Shown here in pieces: positions 1 to 12,978 of a DNA stretch of 64,000 bases. The stretch covers positions 1,612,001 to 1,676,000 of the forward strand of contig NW_027117342.1 of assembly GCF_038025025.1 (NCBI RefSeq), written 5' to 3'. Position 1 is the stretch's first letter, and each line of letters starts with the position of its first letter. This stretch comes from Phyllosticta citribraziliensis (lineage: Eukaryota). The notes beneath the pieces were generated by a model. That model was not told the origin of the DNA. It searched no databases and was given only the letters and a program-made list of their open reading frames with translations. Made by a program: the position numbers and the translations under genes.

Positions 1-436
1 CAGTAGTAGGGGGCTTTACCGGAAGCTGGTACTCTTGTCAGGGGTTATTTTATCCGTGCCAGGGGTTCGAGTCATTGCGTGCAACGTGGATGGTTCAAGT
101 TTCTGGTTGACTCCGCGGGGTACGACGATCTTACAGTGGCACGGAGTGGCGGTCTGAAATACGGGATGAAGCTGTGGATTGGGAGAGTAGGGAAAGAAGG
201 CAGAATGAACGAAGTCTTCGAAGACGAGAAGTGAGTTGAAACTTTGAGACGTGCAATCCAAGGCGTAAGAAAGTCGTGAGAGTGGAAAGAATGAACGTGC
301 TTGATACGATGATGCCATAATGCCGTAAAAAGATGGCTGCTGAGCTCGAAATTACAATCCTGGGTATGTTGCCGCCAAATGCCTACTCTTGCGCCCTTTC
401 ATCCAAAATCCACGTCTTGACAAGCTCCCCATTCTC

Positions 437-1044
437 TTAAAGCTTAGCAACAGGCCCGAGGTTGACCTTGCCATGCTCACAGGTGTAGCAAATCTCTCCG
501 CCGGATCCGTCAGCCTTCTCGGGATTCCACTTCCTCATAACGGCGCGGCAAAGGCCGAGTTTCTTGCCCAAAGAGGTGACCTCGCATTCGACGCGGGCAT
601 ATTCGCCTTCGGGAATCGGCTTGAGGTAGGTGCAGTTGAGAGTACGGCTGACGGTACCCAACTCCCACCAGTTTTCCTTTGCTTGTGCGGTAATGGCAAA
701 CGACGTGAGCATGTCGAAGATGGTTGCGACGGCACCGCCGTGCAGATTGTGGCCCGAATTTAGCAGCTCGGGGACCACCTTAAGCTTCCACGCGGCATGG
801 CAGAGTGGCTTCGTCTTGTCCTTGGCATTCTTCTCGCGGACCTCGCACTCGACGAGCTCTATGCTCTTGATAACGGGAGTGTCCCAGAACTGCCGAGTTG
901 TTGGTTCTTGCAAGTCCGGGGTTGTTACGGCGGGAGGCGCACCTTGTAGTCTGAACGTTCGTGGACATACTTCGTAAACTCCTGCGCGCGCTCGAACGGG
1001 GATTTGCTGACGTCGGTGTTAAAGCTTGAATCGTAGGCGGCCAT
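437..1044 (-). CDS. PaaI/4HBT-like hotdog-fold acyl-CoA thioesterase (2 exons: 1044-943, 889-437)
   Basis: Carries the motif LLNSGHNLHGGAVATIFDMLTS plus SRTLNCTYLKP and GKKLG typical of the PaaI/ACOT13 family. A GT..CAG intron at 942-890 joins ATG 1044 in frame. Confidence 0.88.
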
Positions 1045-1479
1045 GATGATGAAAGTTGTGCTGAACTAGTAGAGGAGAAGAAACGCCGCAGCGCCAGTTT
1101 ATTTAAATCGTACCTCATTTTTTTGGATTCGCCGTGAATACGCCGGACTCAGGGGGTGGATAGACAATGGCCGATAATGGAGCAGAGCGGTGCCGTAGAC
1201 CACAAGTTTTGGCCAGGCGACGCAGTGGTACGAGTCGCAATCGCAGGCTTCCCCACCAGGCGCCAGGGTGCCGAGGTGAAGGTTGGGTCGTCGGCCCGAT
1301 GCTCGCGTGGGCGTAACGCCACACCTAGGCCAGGCTAATCAGCCACAAAGCCACTCCGTCGTGGCTGGTGAGTCCCGTTTATCGATAAGCTGGACGTCAC
1401 GACGTCCGCCGGGCAGCTCGACAGCTTCTGGACCATCACAGCTCCACATCCTCCGCATCCTCTCTCCACTCTTAGCGCC

Positions 1480-3131
1480 ATGGCTCCAAACGTCGAGGAC
1501 TCGCCATTCTTCAAGGATGCGAAGGCCCAGGGACGAGCCATCACAAGAGGTCAGTCGTTTCGCTGTCGCACGAGCACGCCGCTCAGTGTCACCACTCTAA
1601 CGCTTGCCTCTAGACCCTCCCAAATTCGACTTTGAATCGTACATAGCCAACTATGAAGGTATGCACTCTCGATGTCAATTCATTTGCATTCCTGGCTGAC
1701 AATTTTCCTGTTACAATAGGCCGTACTCGTCTTGAGCGCCTCCACCACATCGGCATTACCTCTACCTACCTCTCGACCGACGCTCTGCGCACCGCCATTA
1801 CCGAAGCCAAACAGGGCAAGGACGTAGAGGTGTACAACACGCTCACTGACCGCTTGCACACGATTGATCCCGATGATCCTCTCAGCGTACCAGACACTGC
1901 CTGGTTGGAGCGCAAAACCAAGGAAGTCAAGGCAGAAATGGAAAGTCTGGAACAGCAGCTCAAGCAATACAAGAACAATCTGATCAAGGAGAGCATACGG
2001 GTAGGAATAATCTTGCGTGAGGTTGAGGTCGTCACTGACACGGACAGATGGGCTACGACGACTTGGGACAGTTTTACACCAGCATTGGTGAACACAACTC
2101 GGCCATGAAGGCGTTTGCACGCGAGCGCGACTATTGCACCAGCACGCAGCACGTCGCCGACATGTCCCTGAAGCAGATATACTCTGGCATCCAGCAGCGC
2201 AGCTGGACCAGCGTCCACTCCAACGTTTCCAAAATCCAACCCATGTCTCTCAAAACTGAAGAAAAGGCCAAGCTGGAACCCATTTGCGCCGCCGTCATGG
2301 GCCTCAGCCATCTTGCATCGGGAAACTTTCGCGACGCCGCGCGACAGTTCTTGGCCGTCAACCCATCATTCATGACCGCGGATACTCAGGCAGGGATTGC
2401 ATGGCAGCGCCAGGTGTTGACCGGCAATGACATTGCTGTTTATGGCGGACTCTGCGCTCTGGCATCCATGGACCGGTCCGAGTTGCAAAAGCATGTTCTC
2501 GAAAACTCCAACTTCCGTTCATTCCTTGAGCTGGAGCCGCACGTACGTCGTGCCATCAGCCTCTTCTGCGGCAGCAAATACACACAGTGTTTGGAAATCT
2601 TGGAAGCCTACCGCACCGATTACCTGCTCGACTACTATCTCCACCCTTGCGTGAAAGACTTGTACAGCCAAGTTCGCAGCAAGAGCATTGTCCAGTACTT
2701 CATCCCTTTTAGCTGCGTGACCCTGGACGAAATGGGCAAGGCTTTCGCTTCGACTGGCGGGGTGTCCATTGAAGACGAGCTTGTGGAGATGATTCAACGG
2801 GGCGTCCTCAATGCACGAATCGACCTTGTTGAAAGGGTATGGACTTATAGCTTCCTCGCGTTTTGTTGATGCAGCTAACAGCATCTAGCTCCTTGTGTCT
2901 CCTCTCACAAATCCACGCACCGAAGTCCACACTGCAGCCCTCAAAATGGCACAAGAATATGAGCACGCCCTCCGGCTTCGTCTCATTCGTCTTGCAATGC
3001 TCAACGAGGGCATTATCGTCCGTCAACCACAGTCACAAAGCCAAAACTCTAGTCCTGAGGGACACGGCGGCAATCCGCAGGGACTTCCAGTGGCATACCC
3101 ATTTGCGATGATGAGAGAAGAGACTTCTTGA
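1480..3131 (+). CDS. CSN1: COP9 signalosome subunit 1 (RPN7-like + PCI domain), 5 exons
   Basis: Contains LKQYKNNLIKESIRMGYDDLG, ARERDYCT, YGGLCALASMDRSEL, FLELEPHVR and a C-terminal PCI segment (LNARIDL). Introns at about 1550-1613, 1659-1719, 2001-2047 and 2837-2888 have GT/AG ends and CTRAC branch sites. Confidence 0.93.
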
Positions 3132-3646
3132 GTGGTAATCGGTGGATTGCATGAGAAATGAGTTACATGATCATACCCGGCGTTGCTGTTGCAAGTCATG
3201 GGCATGGGTGGGTCTTTCCGGTTGTTTTGCTTCACGAAAGCGCTGACAGACAACATGTAGAGCGGCGTCTGGCATGCTGGAGGTAGATATAAGAGCATAG
3301 GGAGTCTTCAAGCAAGATTTCTTCTAAAATTCCAAAGGCTAACATCTGCGCTTGAGGCGACTCGGGATTATCAGACCAAGCCTTTTCCTTTTTCAACTTC
3401 TGCTCGTGAAACCAGCTCTCAATTTTCGCATGAGATCTTCAGTCCCAATTTGTCTCTCCTTTTGTTTCTGGTTTTCAAAGCGGGATATGTAGTATGGACT
3501 ATGTAGTATGGACGATATCATTATTGACTGTAAACAGAAGTACGACCAAATCGACCGAATCAGCAATGAGAGGGCCTTTCCTCATGCAAAGCTTGAGCAA
3601 TACAACCTCCGCGTCGCTCCTCATCTTCCAGGCAACTGTCCGAATC

Positions 3647-5860
3647 CTAGTCTTTATGGACCACGACGCGCTCTCTCTTCAACTTTTCGGCCACCGCAAA
3701 TTTTCCGCCGTGGTCTCCAAGGGTTGTCGCGGCCCGTTGGACGGTTTCGCTGTTGGTTTGCACAGCAAAGTCGAGCGTTGGAAACCCGATTCTGGTTGGC
3801 CTCACCGTCTTGATGCCAGACGTGTACCACAAAACAGCAGTAGCCACCGCAAGAAGCACGACCGACATGCCGATGAAGAGAGCGAACGACGTGCGGCCCG
3901 CGATGACCTGCCACGACATGACGGAAATGTCGACTTGGGTGTACATGGCGGAGGACAAGCCCTGTCTTGGTGCAGTCAGGCTCCACGCGTCGTCATGGGC
4001 ACCGAGCGAGTTGACATTGAAGTATTCGAGTGCGACGGCGAGAAGGCGACGGACGAGTCGCTTGGTCAAGCCCTTGGCCACAGAGCTGTCGTTGACGGGC
4101 AGCGATGTCACCGCGTACGTTGCCAGCACCGAGTCATCGGGAATGCTCGAATTTGTTGCGCCCAGCCCAGGCACCACTATCGCCATGGCCATGAGATACT
4201 CATGCAGGTCGAGGGCATAGGGCTCTGGGTCGCCGTAGTCGCTGGCAGCCAAGATGGTGAAATTCTGGCGAGAAAAAGCGACGGTGGCAGAGCGGCGGTA
4301 GGCAAAGAACGATGTGGCGAAGGAGAGGGACTCCGTCCACTGGCGGTCCGAGAGGCACGACCTGTTGCGCTGCTGCGAGACGGGGCAGTACGCGGTGCCG
4401 AAGATGAGCTCGCGTTTTGTGCCGACGCTGACGCACCAGAGGGCCGCCGCTGCTGCGCTGCCCAGCATAAAGCACTCTCCGAATGCGCGCAGGCGCTGCA
4501 AGTCGCTGAATTCGCCGAATTCAACCTGGTAGCTCTGGACGTTGGGCACGACGTACGCTGTCGCGTCAGGGTGCTGGATGAGGTCGTCGGCCTGTGGCGT
4601 CACAAGGGTCCAGCCGCCGGTCATCAGGTACGACTCCTCGCACGCCTGCCATTGTGTCGCATTTGAAGGGTTCCAGCATTGGCCATAGCTGCGAGAAAGA
4701 GGCGAGACGGGAATGTTGAACCGGTTGTCCCAGTTCGGATTGGCCATGTGCGACATGAGCGCCATTTTCCCCGTGGCTGACAGATCTTGAACAATGGAGG
4801 CGTTGAAGTCGGCGAGGCCTGCGCAAGCGTCGTAGGAAGACTTGGTGAAGAAGACCGGCTCAATGGTGATGTCGCCCATTATGATGACGCCGGGCAAAGG
4901 GATCGCCAGGATCAAGACGAGGCGCCAGAAACTCAGCATCTTGTCTCTCCAATCAGCGCTGAGGAAGAGTCTCAAAAGTCCCCAGGTGCCTGTTCCCGGG
5001 TCGAGGCCAATGAAGTGCAGCAGACTTACGCCGCCAGGCCGCGACGCCAAGGTCCACTGGAGGTCCTCCACGATCATAATCCCGAGCGCCAGCATGGACA
5101 AGCACAGGATCTCCGTCATGATGCGCAGAACGAGGATGGCGCGAGAGGACGATGGCCGGAAGATGTCCCATCGCATCATTGCTGCGACTGAGCCGCTGGT
5201 GTAGAGGGCAATCAATGCCGTAATGCCCATCGACAAGACCAGAAGAGACCAAGCGAGTATGTTCCGGTTTTTGCACTTCGACTGCTCCTCGCCTGCGACG
5301 ATGATGGTGCCTTCTGGCGTTGTCCTGCCGTTGTCTCCAAGCTCGACCATCTCCCAGGCCGCCTCAGCCTTCTTTTCGTTGTTACTGCTGCGGATGATGT
5401 CTGAAAATCGCACTGATCTTCTTCTGGGCGATTGATTCTGCTTTCGCGGGCTCGGCTTCAGAGGCTCCACATGACAATCATCCTCGTTTGGGACCTACTC
5501 AAGCCATCTTGTAAGTGAAATGTTCCAGAGGGTAAAAATGCTCCACTGAATAAGACTGCTTACCATGTCTGCCGGCATCACCACGATGGCTGTCGAATAA
5601 ATGTGTGGGACTGCCTCGCGCAGGACTTCGTCGTCTTTGAGCAGGCGACCCCGAACGCTCCCAGCACGCAGGTCCATTCTGGCATTTTCCGGCCATAGGT
5701 TCCGACACCATGGCCTATGCTCAAGCGCATGCTGGATAGTGCTGCGAGCCTTTGCGATTTCGATTCCCTTTTCGAAAGACACGAGGAGCGTTTCTGGCTC
5801 TTGCGAAATTGAGTGGATCAAGACCAAGTAGCGGTCCTCCAGTTCATACGGCGAGGACAT
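3647..5860 (-). CDS. Uncharacterised multi-pass membrane protein, possible ubiquitin-like N-terminal exon (exons 5860-5564, 5494-3647)
   Basis: A 607-codon ORF has several hydrophobic helices, a Cys- and N-glycosylation-site-rich luminal region and a C-terminal TM helix. The upstream ORF joins in frame through a GTAAGC..TAG intron at 5563-5495. Confidence 0.8.
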
Positions 5861-7516
5861 GATTCCAGGAATTCGACGAGAACTGAAAAGGACGTGAGGA
5901 GTTGTGACCGTCGACAAGTTTTCAAGTGGGTGACAACGGTAAGAGGGGACAGAGAGAAGAGCTAGACGCAGTGATTTGTCGAGGATATCGAAGGAAAGCT
6001 CACAGTCCTAAAGATCAGGTTGAAATCCCCATGATCTGGGTGTGTGGGCGCCAGCCCAGTGGTATGGCCAGCGCACGTGCCATGGTGTGTTGGTACTGGT
6101 AGGTAGCGCCCGCGGGCGGGCGTCCTGGTGCAGGAAACAGCGTGGAGTTCCGTGGGCGCAAGACCTTACTAATTGCCAGTGGCCCTGCTATTTGGCACTT
6201 CACTGCCCAAATGTTCAATATCGACCCTGGAGAGGATGTGAAGGTGAAGCGGAACTTGGGAAAGATCATGCCCTACTGACATACCATTGCTGACACTGCC
6301 TTCAGATTCGCTGACCCTTGCTGTCATTCGAATGCTATAAAATCCGGCGCAGATTGAAAGGCTCGTTAACTATGTACGACAGCAGCTCCAAATCGCGCTT
6401 TTTCTCAGGGGCAAGGGCAGCGCTATTATTGAATACGATTCGAAAATGGCGCCACGGCGGCCGATCAACCCGTCTTCCTCCTTGGATCTTCGTGGGTTGA
6501 GGCGTACGAAAGGATATGTACACTTCTCGAACCTCGAGATGACCTTGCTTGGCCAGCTGCTATACCCGTGGACAATTTCGCAAAACACATTGAGCATCAA
6601 TCTCCTCAACGAGAGGCATTCTCACTACATATAAGACTACGGCATCTACATTGGCAGAATTCCCAAAAGCAGGACGGCACGGCTGCGATATATTGTCAGT
6701 GAGTCTTTGGATCTCGTTTCCTTGGCTGCTTGGTGGTTGTCGCAGAAAGTCGCCATAGCTGCAGGTTTGATCCGCTTGATTTCTCTTTGCCGTCGATATT
6801 TGCTTGGAGCGCTTGCTCCATGTCCTCTCTCTGAAGATCATCCTGCATTCGTTGTTGTCTCTTGGCTGTCGAAAGAAGAAGATCGCAATCGGATTTTCGG
6901 CTTGCGGGCAAACTCCAGGTCTTTCCAATTATACTGACAGTTTCGAAAATGGCGAGGCAATTTGCGATCGCAAATTTTGAAGACAGTGGGAGACAGAGCT
7001 GGCGTTTGAAGCAACTGCTTTTAAAGTTGCGGTGTTGCTACTGCTGTATGTCAGCAATCCACGACGAAACGGGTTGGTGGTGTTAGTGGTAACATGTGCT
7101 GCAGCCACTGTCGCTCCCGCAGCAAGTCCTAGGTTCAATTCCTGGCCGACCTGCAGACTGCAAACCTTTTACAGGGCCTCTTCTTTTTGTTTCTCAAGTT
7201 TGAAGTGTGATAGCGAAGAACGTCCCCGGACCGAGTCCGCCGGTTGGTTGAGGTTCAGGGGTGGCTGACAGATGTCACTTCTACGGCATTCTGGAACAAC
7301 TCAGCATCGGGAACAGGATAAGCCGCAACGTGCAGACAGGTGAGCTTCTCGTGTTGCGCAAGAGCCTTGAAAATACTTCGGTGGTTAACTGCGCCAGCAG
7401 GCAATTTCTTTGTCCTGCAAACCCAAACGCTGTCACTATCACTGGACCATCTGTCACTGGGCCCTTTCGTGATTGCCTTTTGCTCGGATAGTCATGCCAG
7501 CAGGTTTGCACACAGC

Positions 7517-7522
7517 TATAAA
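7517..7522 (+). promoter_or_regulatory. Putative TATA box for the 7662 gene
   Basis: TATAAA lies about 140 bp upstream of an ATG in good context (CACAATGG). Confidence 0.35.
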
Positions 7523-7661
7523 GCACCTTCTTCAGTGCTTCCTTGCAGTGCTGCGCCCAGTTTTCATCGACAAAGGCTCAATCTAACAAGCTGCGTCCAG
7601 GACCAAGTCTACAATCACTTGAGTCCTCTGTTCAACCAACCAAACCGAAGCTTCTACCACA

Positions 7662-8720
7662 ATGGCGTCCATTCGCGGCACCCTCAGAGCCAGAGTCGCC
7701 GACAACAAACTCGATTTACCCACCAAGCGTTACCCCTCAGGGGAGCTACTTCGCCACTCCTCCATTGACTCAACTCATCAGGCCAGTGGACTTGACGGCT
7801 CTGCTACGCCCCATCCACATTCGACGCCAGCAAGTTCCGTTCCCTACGCCTACATCCAAGAGGACGACATCGCGTCGCGCCCCTACTGCAGCCCGGCCAG
7901 CCCGCTACCCTTCTCCATCTACAATTTCATCGCCTCACAGAGCGAAGACACAGGGAAGTCGCCATCGTCCACCAGGACCGTCGCCGACATGAGCAGATTG
8001 CCGGTGGCAATGACAGTAGTGCAGGGTACCTCCGCATCATTCACTCCTCACGTGTCTCTCTCCAGTCGGCGCGACGGCCAACCCCTTCCGAAGCCCTCGC
8101 AGCCGCCACCAAAGCCAGCGCCCGGCCCCAAGCCACAGAACAGCGATCAGGGCGAAAATTTGCTTCGTTGCGCGAACCTCTCGTTTGCGCCTGCTGGCGA
8201 CGTCTCTAACGAGCAGCAGCAGCAGCATCAGACAAAGCAGGAGCCGCCAAAGCCCGTGCAATTCGATGCCTGCGACAGCGAATGGGATCGGGCAAGCTCG
8301 TCCGAGTACGACTCTGATACCAAATCGCGCTGCTCCATGGTATGTTCCTGCTACTCCTGCTACTCGGACTACTCCAGCCCCGAGGGCAGCATGACATATT
8401 TCTTTGAGACGGCGACACTCGCGTCGCAGGATGAAGAAGCAGAAGGCGAAGGTAGTCAGATAGCCGTGGACGGGCAGCCGCAGTGCGGAAGTGGCGATAG
8501 GGAGGCCAACGGCGACGTCGACGACGCCGGTTCCTCCCTCTCTGCGTGCTCTGAGGGCTGGGTCGACCTGGCGAAGCCATCGCAGCTTCGTCATCGGCTC
8601 CACGGCCAAAGCGGGAATGAACAGGACTTGTGGTCGCCGTCCCGCGGTCCAAAGTCGCACAGTCGCAGTTCGCCGCCGTCGCCACCGCCACCCTCGCCCA
8701 GCTCACCGCGTCGACGGTAG
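7662..8720 (+). CDS. Hypothetical Ser/Pro/acidic low-complexity protein (352 aa)
   Basis: Long single ORF with a good start context and an upstream TATA. No domain recognised; it contains a short CSMVCSCYSCY Cys cluster. Confidence 0.55.
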   Translation: MASIRGTLRARVADNKLDLPTKRYPSGELLRHSSIDSTHQASGLDGSATPHPHSTPASSVPYAYIQEDDIASRPYCSPASPLPFSIYNFIASQSEDTGKSPSSTRTVADMSRLPVAMTVVQGTSASFTPHVSLSSRRDGQPLPKPSQPPPKPAPGPKPQNSDQGENLLRCANLSFAPAGDVSNEQQQQHQTKQEPPKPVQFDACDSEWDRASSSEYDSDTKSRCSMVCSCYSCYSDYSSPEGSMTYFFETATLASQDEEAEGEGSQIAVDGQPQCGSGDREANGDVDDAGSSLSACSEGWVDLAKPSQLRHRLHGQSGNEQDLWSPSRGPKSHSRSSPPSPPPPSPSSPRRR

Positions 8721-11700
8721 CATGGCGACGATGTTGAGGGTTTTGGAGCAAGCAGTCCGCTTTATGACTGAGGGCCAGGCAGTGTGGGCGAAGGGTTGCA
8801 ATGGAGGGAGTGGAGAAGGGAGTAAGCCAGGAACAAGGGGGAGTAGGGGTATGGAGCAGAAGATTGGAGCAAGTGGCCACAGCGGCTGCGACAGTGCGGT
8901 GTTGGAATTGATGGGGCATGTCGAGTGGCGATATTGGCGGCTACGGAGGACCAGTTGATTGATGAATTGGCAGAATGTCAGTGTTGGCTGCGGCAACGAT
9001 CAGAAGAGGGACACGCTACATTTGCTTGACAGCGGCAAAGCCCCAATCCAAGTATTCACACAATGCAGGGAAGAAGTCTGCCGAGTGAAGTAAGCGTGCA
9101 GGCACACTTGTCAAGCCGGGCCAGATCAGTAGAGAAGGTGGAGACGGCAAAGCTTATCTGGTTGTTTGTTTACCTGTTTGTTTACCCTTCATCCTCAGCA
9201 CGCAAACACAACGCCACCCCAATCTCTCCTCGCCTCTCTGCCTGAGCTCGCCTTGAACGTCGCAGCGAGCCCACGCAGCCCTGCACTCATCATCAATGCC
9301 ACATCATATCTCCCGTACCGCAGCAGCGCCCCGAGCCGCACCGCACCGCGCCGTTTGCACCCCCTCCCCTCCCCTCCGTTCCTGCATCTGCATTCATCTA
9401 TCTACCCGGACGGATACGCGGCTGGACGGACGGTCGGCCGGCCGCGCAGTCGGTCTCCAGCCCAGCCGTTGTGTTTGTGTACGTTATCCTGATCCTGTGC
9501 TCGGTTCCGCCCCACCACCGGCCAGTCCCGCGCCGCCGCGGCCGTGTCGCGTTGCGCGCGTTGCGTGCGCACGTCGTGCCGACTTGCCCTGGCTGGCTGG
9601 CTGGCCTGAAGTGGAGGGACGACGAGTCGTCGTCCTCCCTCCCGCTCCCGTGCCGCGTGTTATGCACGAGCGACCAGACCATTTACGGGGCGGAGAAAGG
9701 CGTGTGCGCGTGAGCAGAGTCTGTGGAGAGTCAACGTCATCCAGTCATTCATTTCAGTCGACTGGCTCAACTCAACCTCCCAGCTGTACAACGCGTGGCA
9801 AGTCGAAAGCGTAAGCTGCCCGCCGGCAGTGAGACAACGAAGTCGACAACGGCGGGAGGCAGCAGAGGTGGCAGCGGGCACGAGGGATCCGACGGGCAGG
9901 CCGGGAAAGGGGGTTGGCTGGGACGGTCATGTGCGTCACGCATGCTGCATATGTACAACTATATGCAGGGGAAGCAGGAACTATGTGGCTGAACAGAGCA
10001 GCTTTTTTCCAATGCTGAGAAGGAAAGGATTGGAGTGTCGAAGCGAAGGGGCGAGATTTGTCCTCGGGAGCATTGCTCAAGTAGTGATCCTGGGATGGCA
10101 GATATCAGATGTTGCCGTCAGAGGGAGACGCCGATGGGGAACGAATGGAAGGAAGTGAAAGGAAGGGAGTGGGGAGGTGGAGTGCGAGCTTGACCGACGT
10201 CGCGGCGACGCTATGCTGCCGTGCTGTATGCAGGTTCGCCGTGCTGTGTACGCTCCTTCGCGCGTCGCGGGCCGCGATGAGGATCGCAAGGGGCTGGGTT
10301 GTGCAGTGCGCATGCGATGCGAAGAGTCTCGTGGCAGGGTAGAGGTCGATAGTATGAGTGTTTTGTGCAGTAAGGAGAGACATACAACAAGATTTCCAGG
10401 TACGTATTTGCGAAGGTTCCAGGGCTCTGAATCAGGGGGTGTTTTTTACTGTGTGGGATGTGGGAGCGTTTGCGCCAGGAAGCAAGACGAGGCGAAGAGA
10501 AGCGCAGACCAGATGGTTCGGGGAGGAGGGTGGGCATGCGGAGAAGACGAGGAAAGCGGAGGAAGATGTAATAACCTTCTTTCTGTCCAAGGGTTCGCCG
10601 GCTCGAGTTTCCCGCGACTTGTCCACTCTTTGTAGCCTCGTTCCGCCGACACTCTATACATACCCAGTTACTTTGTGGTCGCAACCTACCTTTCTTGCCT
10701 TTGGCACGTCGTGACGCCAACCATTTGTTCGGGCTCGGAGAAGCAGCCTACTGGTGGGCTGTCGTCTCCCACGACAAAACAGGCTGCAGAAGACGCGCAA
10801 GACGACGCCGCGTAGGCCTCGTTTGGACATGCGTGCAAAACTTTGGGTCGCTCCACCCCTTTTGCCCCACGACCCCTCCCCCCGAACCGTTTTTTCATAT
10901 ACGTATTACCTCAACCACCTGGCGAGGGGGAGAGAGGAGGATGGGGAGCCGTGCCGCAGTCCCGCAATCCCGCTGCCTCGCGGCTGCGCGGTACCGCTGC
11001 CGCGCTACCACATGACTACTGAACCCGTCGCCGGTTCGAGGCACACGAGACGCGACTGACTGAGTACCGTACGTGACTGACAAGCATGCTGAGCAGCAAA
11101 AGCGGCAGCAGCCAAAGCAGCATGGGTTGACAAAAAGTAAAAAAGAACGAGGGGTTGGTCGTTATGCTTAACTGACTGCAGATGAAGAGCGGGGGTCATG
11201 CTTGTAGATGAGGCCTGGCTTGGACCAAGACGAGCAAAAGTGGTGAGAGCTGAACGGGCGCCGGCCGAGCTTGCAAGACTTCAGCCCCCGGCTTCGGCTT
11301 GCGAGCCGGTACTCGACCATGTACCTGCCGCGTACCTGGGGCCGAGGCGGGGCGATTTTGACGGTCATGCGTTGGAGATGGGCGTTGGAGTCAGCGGCGC
11401 GCATGGAGCTGAAGGCTCGCAGTAGGGGCATGATTTGCAACTTCCTTTGCGCTTGGTGAAGCTGAAAAGAAGGGTCCTTGGGACGAAAGTATCGTCCATG
11501 AAGAAGGAATGAGGTGATGGGGTGCGGAGGCATGTCGGTGGAGCTGACCGTGGGCTTGGGGCGGGTCGCGATGGATCTGCGCGGCTGCGCGACGTCTGGG
11601 GCGCTGGCTTCAGCCTGAGCGTATCTTGGGATGCGCATTGAGTTTTGATATGGTTGCGGTGGCTTTGGCAGCCGTCCGGGTCGGTAGAGTAGCAGACGAG

Positions 11701-12978
11701 TTGGCAAGGCGTCGGAGAGGGCAAAGTGGCCGAGGCGGCGCAAGACAGAGCCTCAGAGTTGTCGCAGAGGCGCTGAGGCGGCTATCGAGAGAGGAGGGAC
11801 GAGGGACGAGGGCCGAGGCGTCGAGGCGTCTTGGGCGGGCGCAAAGGGCAAAGGCATGTCGGACTGGTGGTGGACAGGGATGGAGCTGGGCCAGCAATAT
11901 GGGCGGGCGGGCGGGCTGTGGTTGAGGCTGATGGTGTGTAGGTTTCGTCTATTTTTGCAGGTCGGGAGGGCAATGTGGAGCATTTCCCTGTGACTTGGTC
12001 ACTGGGTTTGTTCTGCGGCAAGGCGGCGAGGGCCGCGAGTTTTGACAGAGTGCTGGCGTGTGCTCGCGGGAGCTAGGGATTGGTGTTGCGGACAGCGAGG
12101 CTGACTTGGGGGTCGATTGATTGAGGCACAGGGGTCATGCCGCAAGTGAAGTCGGAAACGAGAAACAAGAGACGAGGGTTGGGCTCTGGGCATCAAGTGT
12201 GGACGAGTCTGAGACGGCGAGAGGAATTGTCGAAACAGAATTGCAAAAGTCGTGACGTTTTGGAATTGTTGCGTTGGCAGTCCGAGGTGGTCAGGGACGC
12301 GAAGAGAGGGTGCCGGTGGTGGAGACGGAACGGAGTACGTCAGTCATTGTTCCTGAAGAGTAAAAGAAAAGAGAGAGAGAGCAAAAGGATCCGGATGGCG
12401 GGGAAACCGGCGTTGCAGCTGCCGTGGGCGGTTGGCGTCGAGAGAGTCTTCAGCTGGAGTACGTGGGTAGGTAGTGAGGTGGGTGAGGGCGTGAGGTGAG
12501 GGTCTCTGGATGAATCAGTCGCCACTGGGGCATCAATTGTGCTCGGGCAAAAAGAAAAAAAGATCACCGCCATGGGTGCGCACTCGGTGTGCTGGCGGGC
12601 GGAGCGGGAGCTTCAACACCAAGCGTTTCACGACACCAGCCAGTCCGCCCTCATCCCTGCATCTGCACCTCACGCCGCCATGCCATGCCATGCCATGCCA
12701 TGCGCATGCACGCGCTGCTCGCTCACCTCTGCCCGACCTCGACGTTGTCTTTGCGGCGTGTCATCCGCCCTCGCTCGCCGGTGCGCCGTGGCCGTGGCCG
12801 TGTCAGACGCGAGTGGAGAGGGACTGGACTACTTCAAGTCGCGCGGCCCGCCCGTGAGGTGAGCTTCCCAATCCACGCACGCCAGCGACAGGCATAGCCG
12901 GCCTGCCCCTGCCCACAGGGAACCTCCCCGTCCCTCGTCGTCCCGCCCTGAAAAAAACATCGCCGCGCACTCGACACC

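Noticed and set aside
60..80. GGTTCGA T-loop-like motifs (also near 11034 and 59962)
   Set aside because: The flanks do not form a T-stem or cloverleaf, so these are not tRNAs.
16..318. 100-aa minus-strand ORF at the window start
   Set aside because: No recognisable motif or codon bias. It lies just downstream of the thioesterase and is probably 3' UTR or intergenic.
3494..4666. 390-aa plus-strand ORF, and similar antisense ORFs over RPT6, VNX1, NSE1, OXLD1 and DPM3
   Set aside because: They overlap well-supported genes on the opposite strand and are expected shadows in GC-rich DNA.
8491..8958. Overlapping ORF suggesting a frameshifted extension of the 7662 gene
   Set aside because: I found no slippery site, intron signal or homology cue, so the extension cannot be supported.
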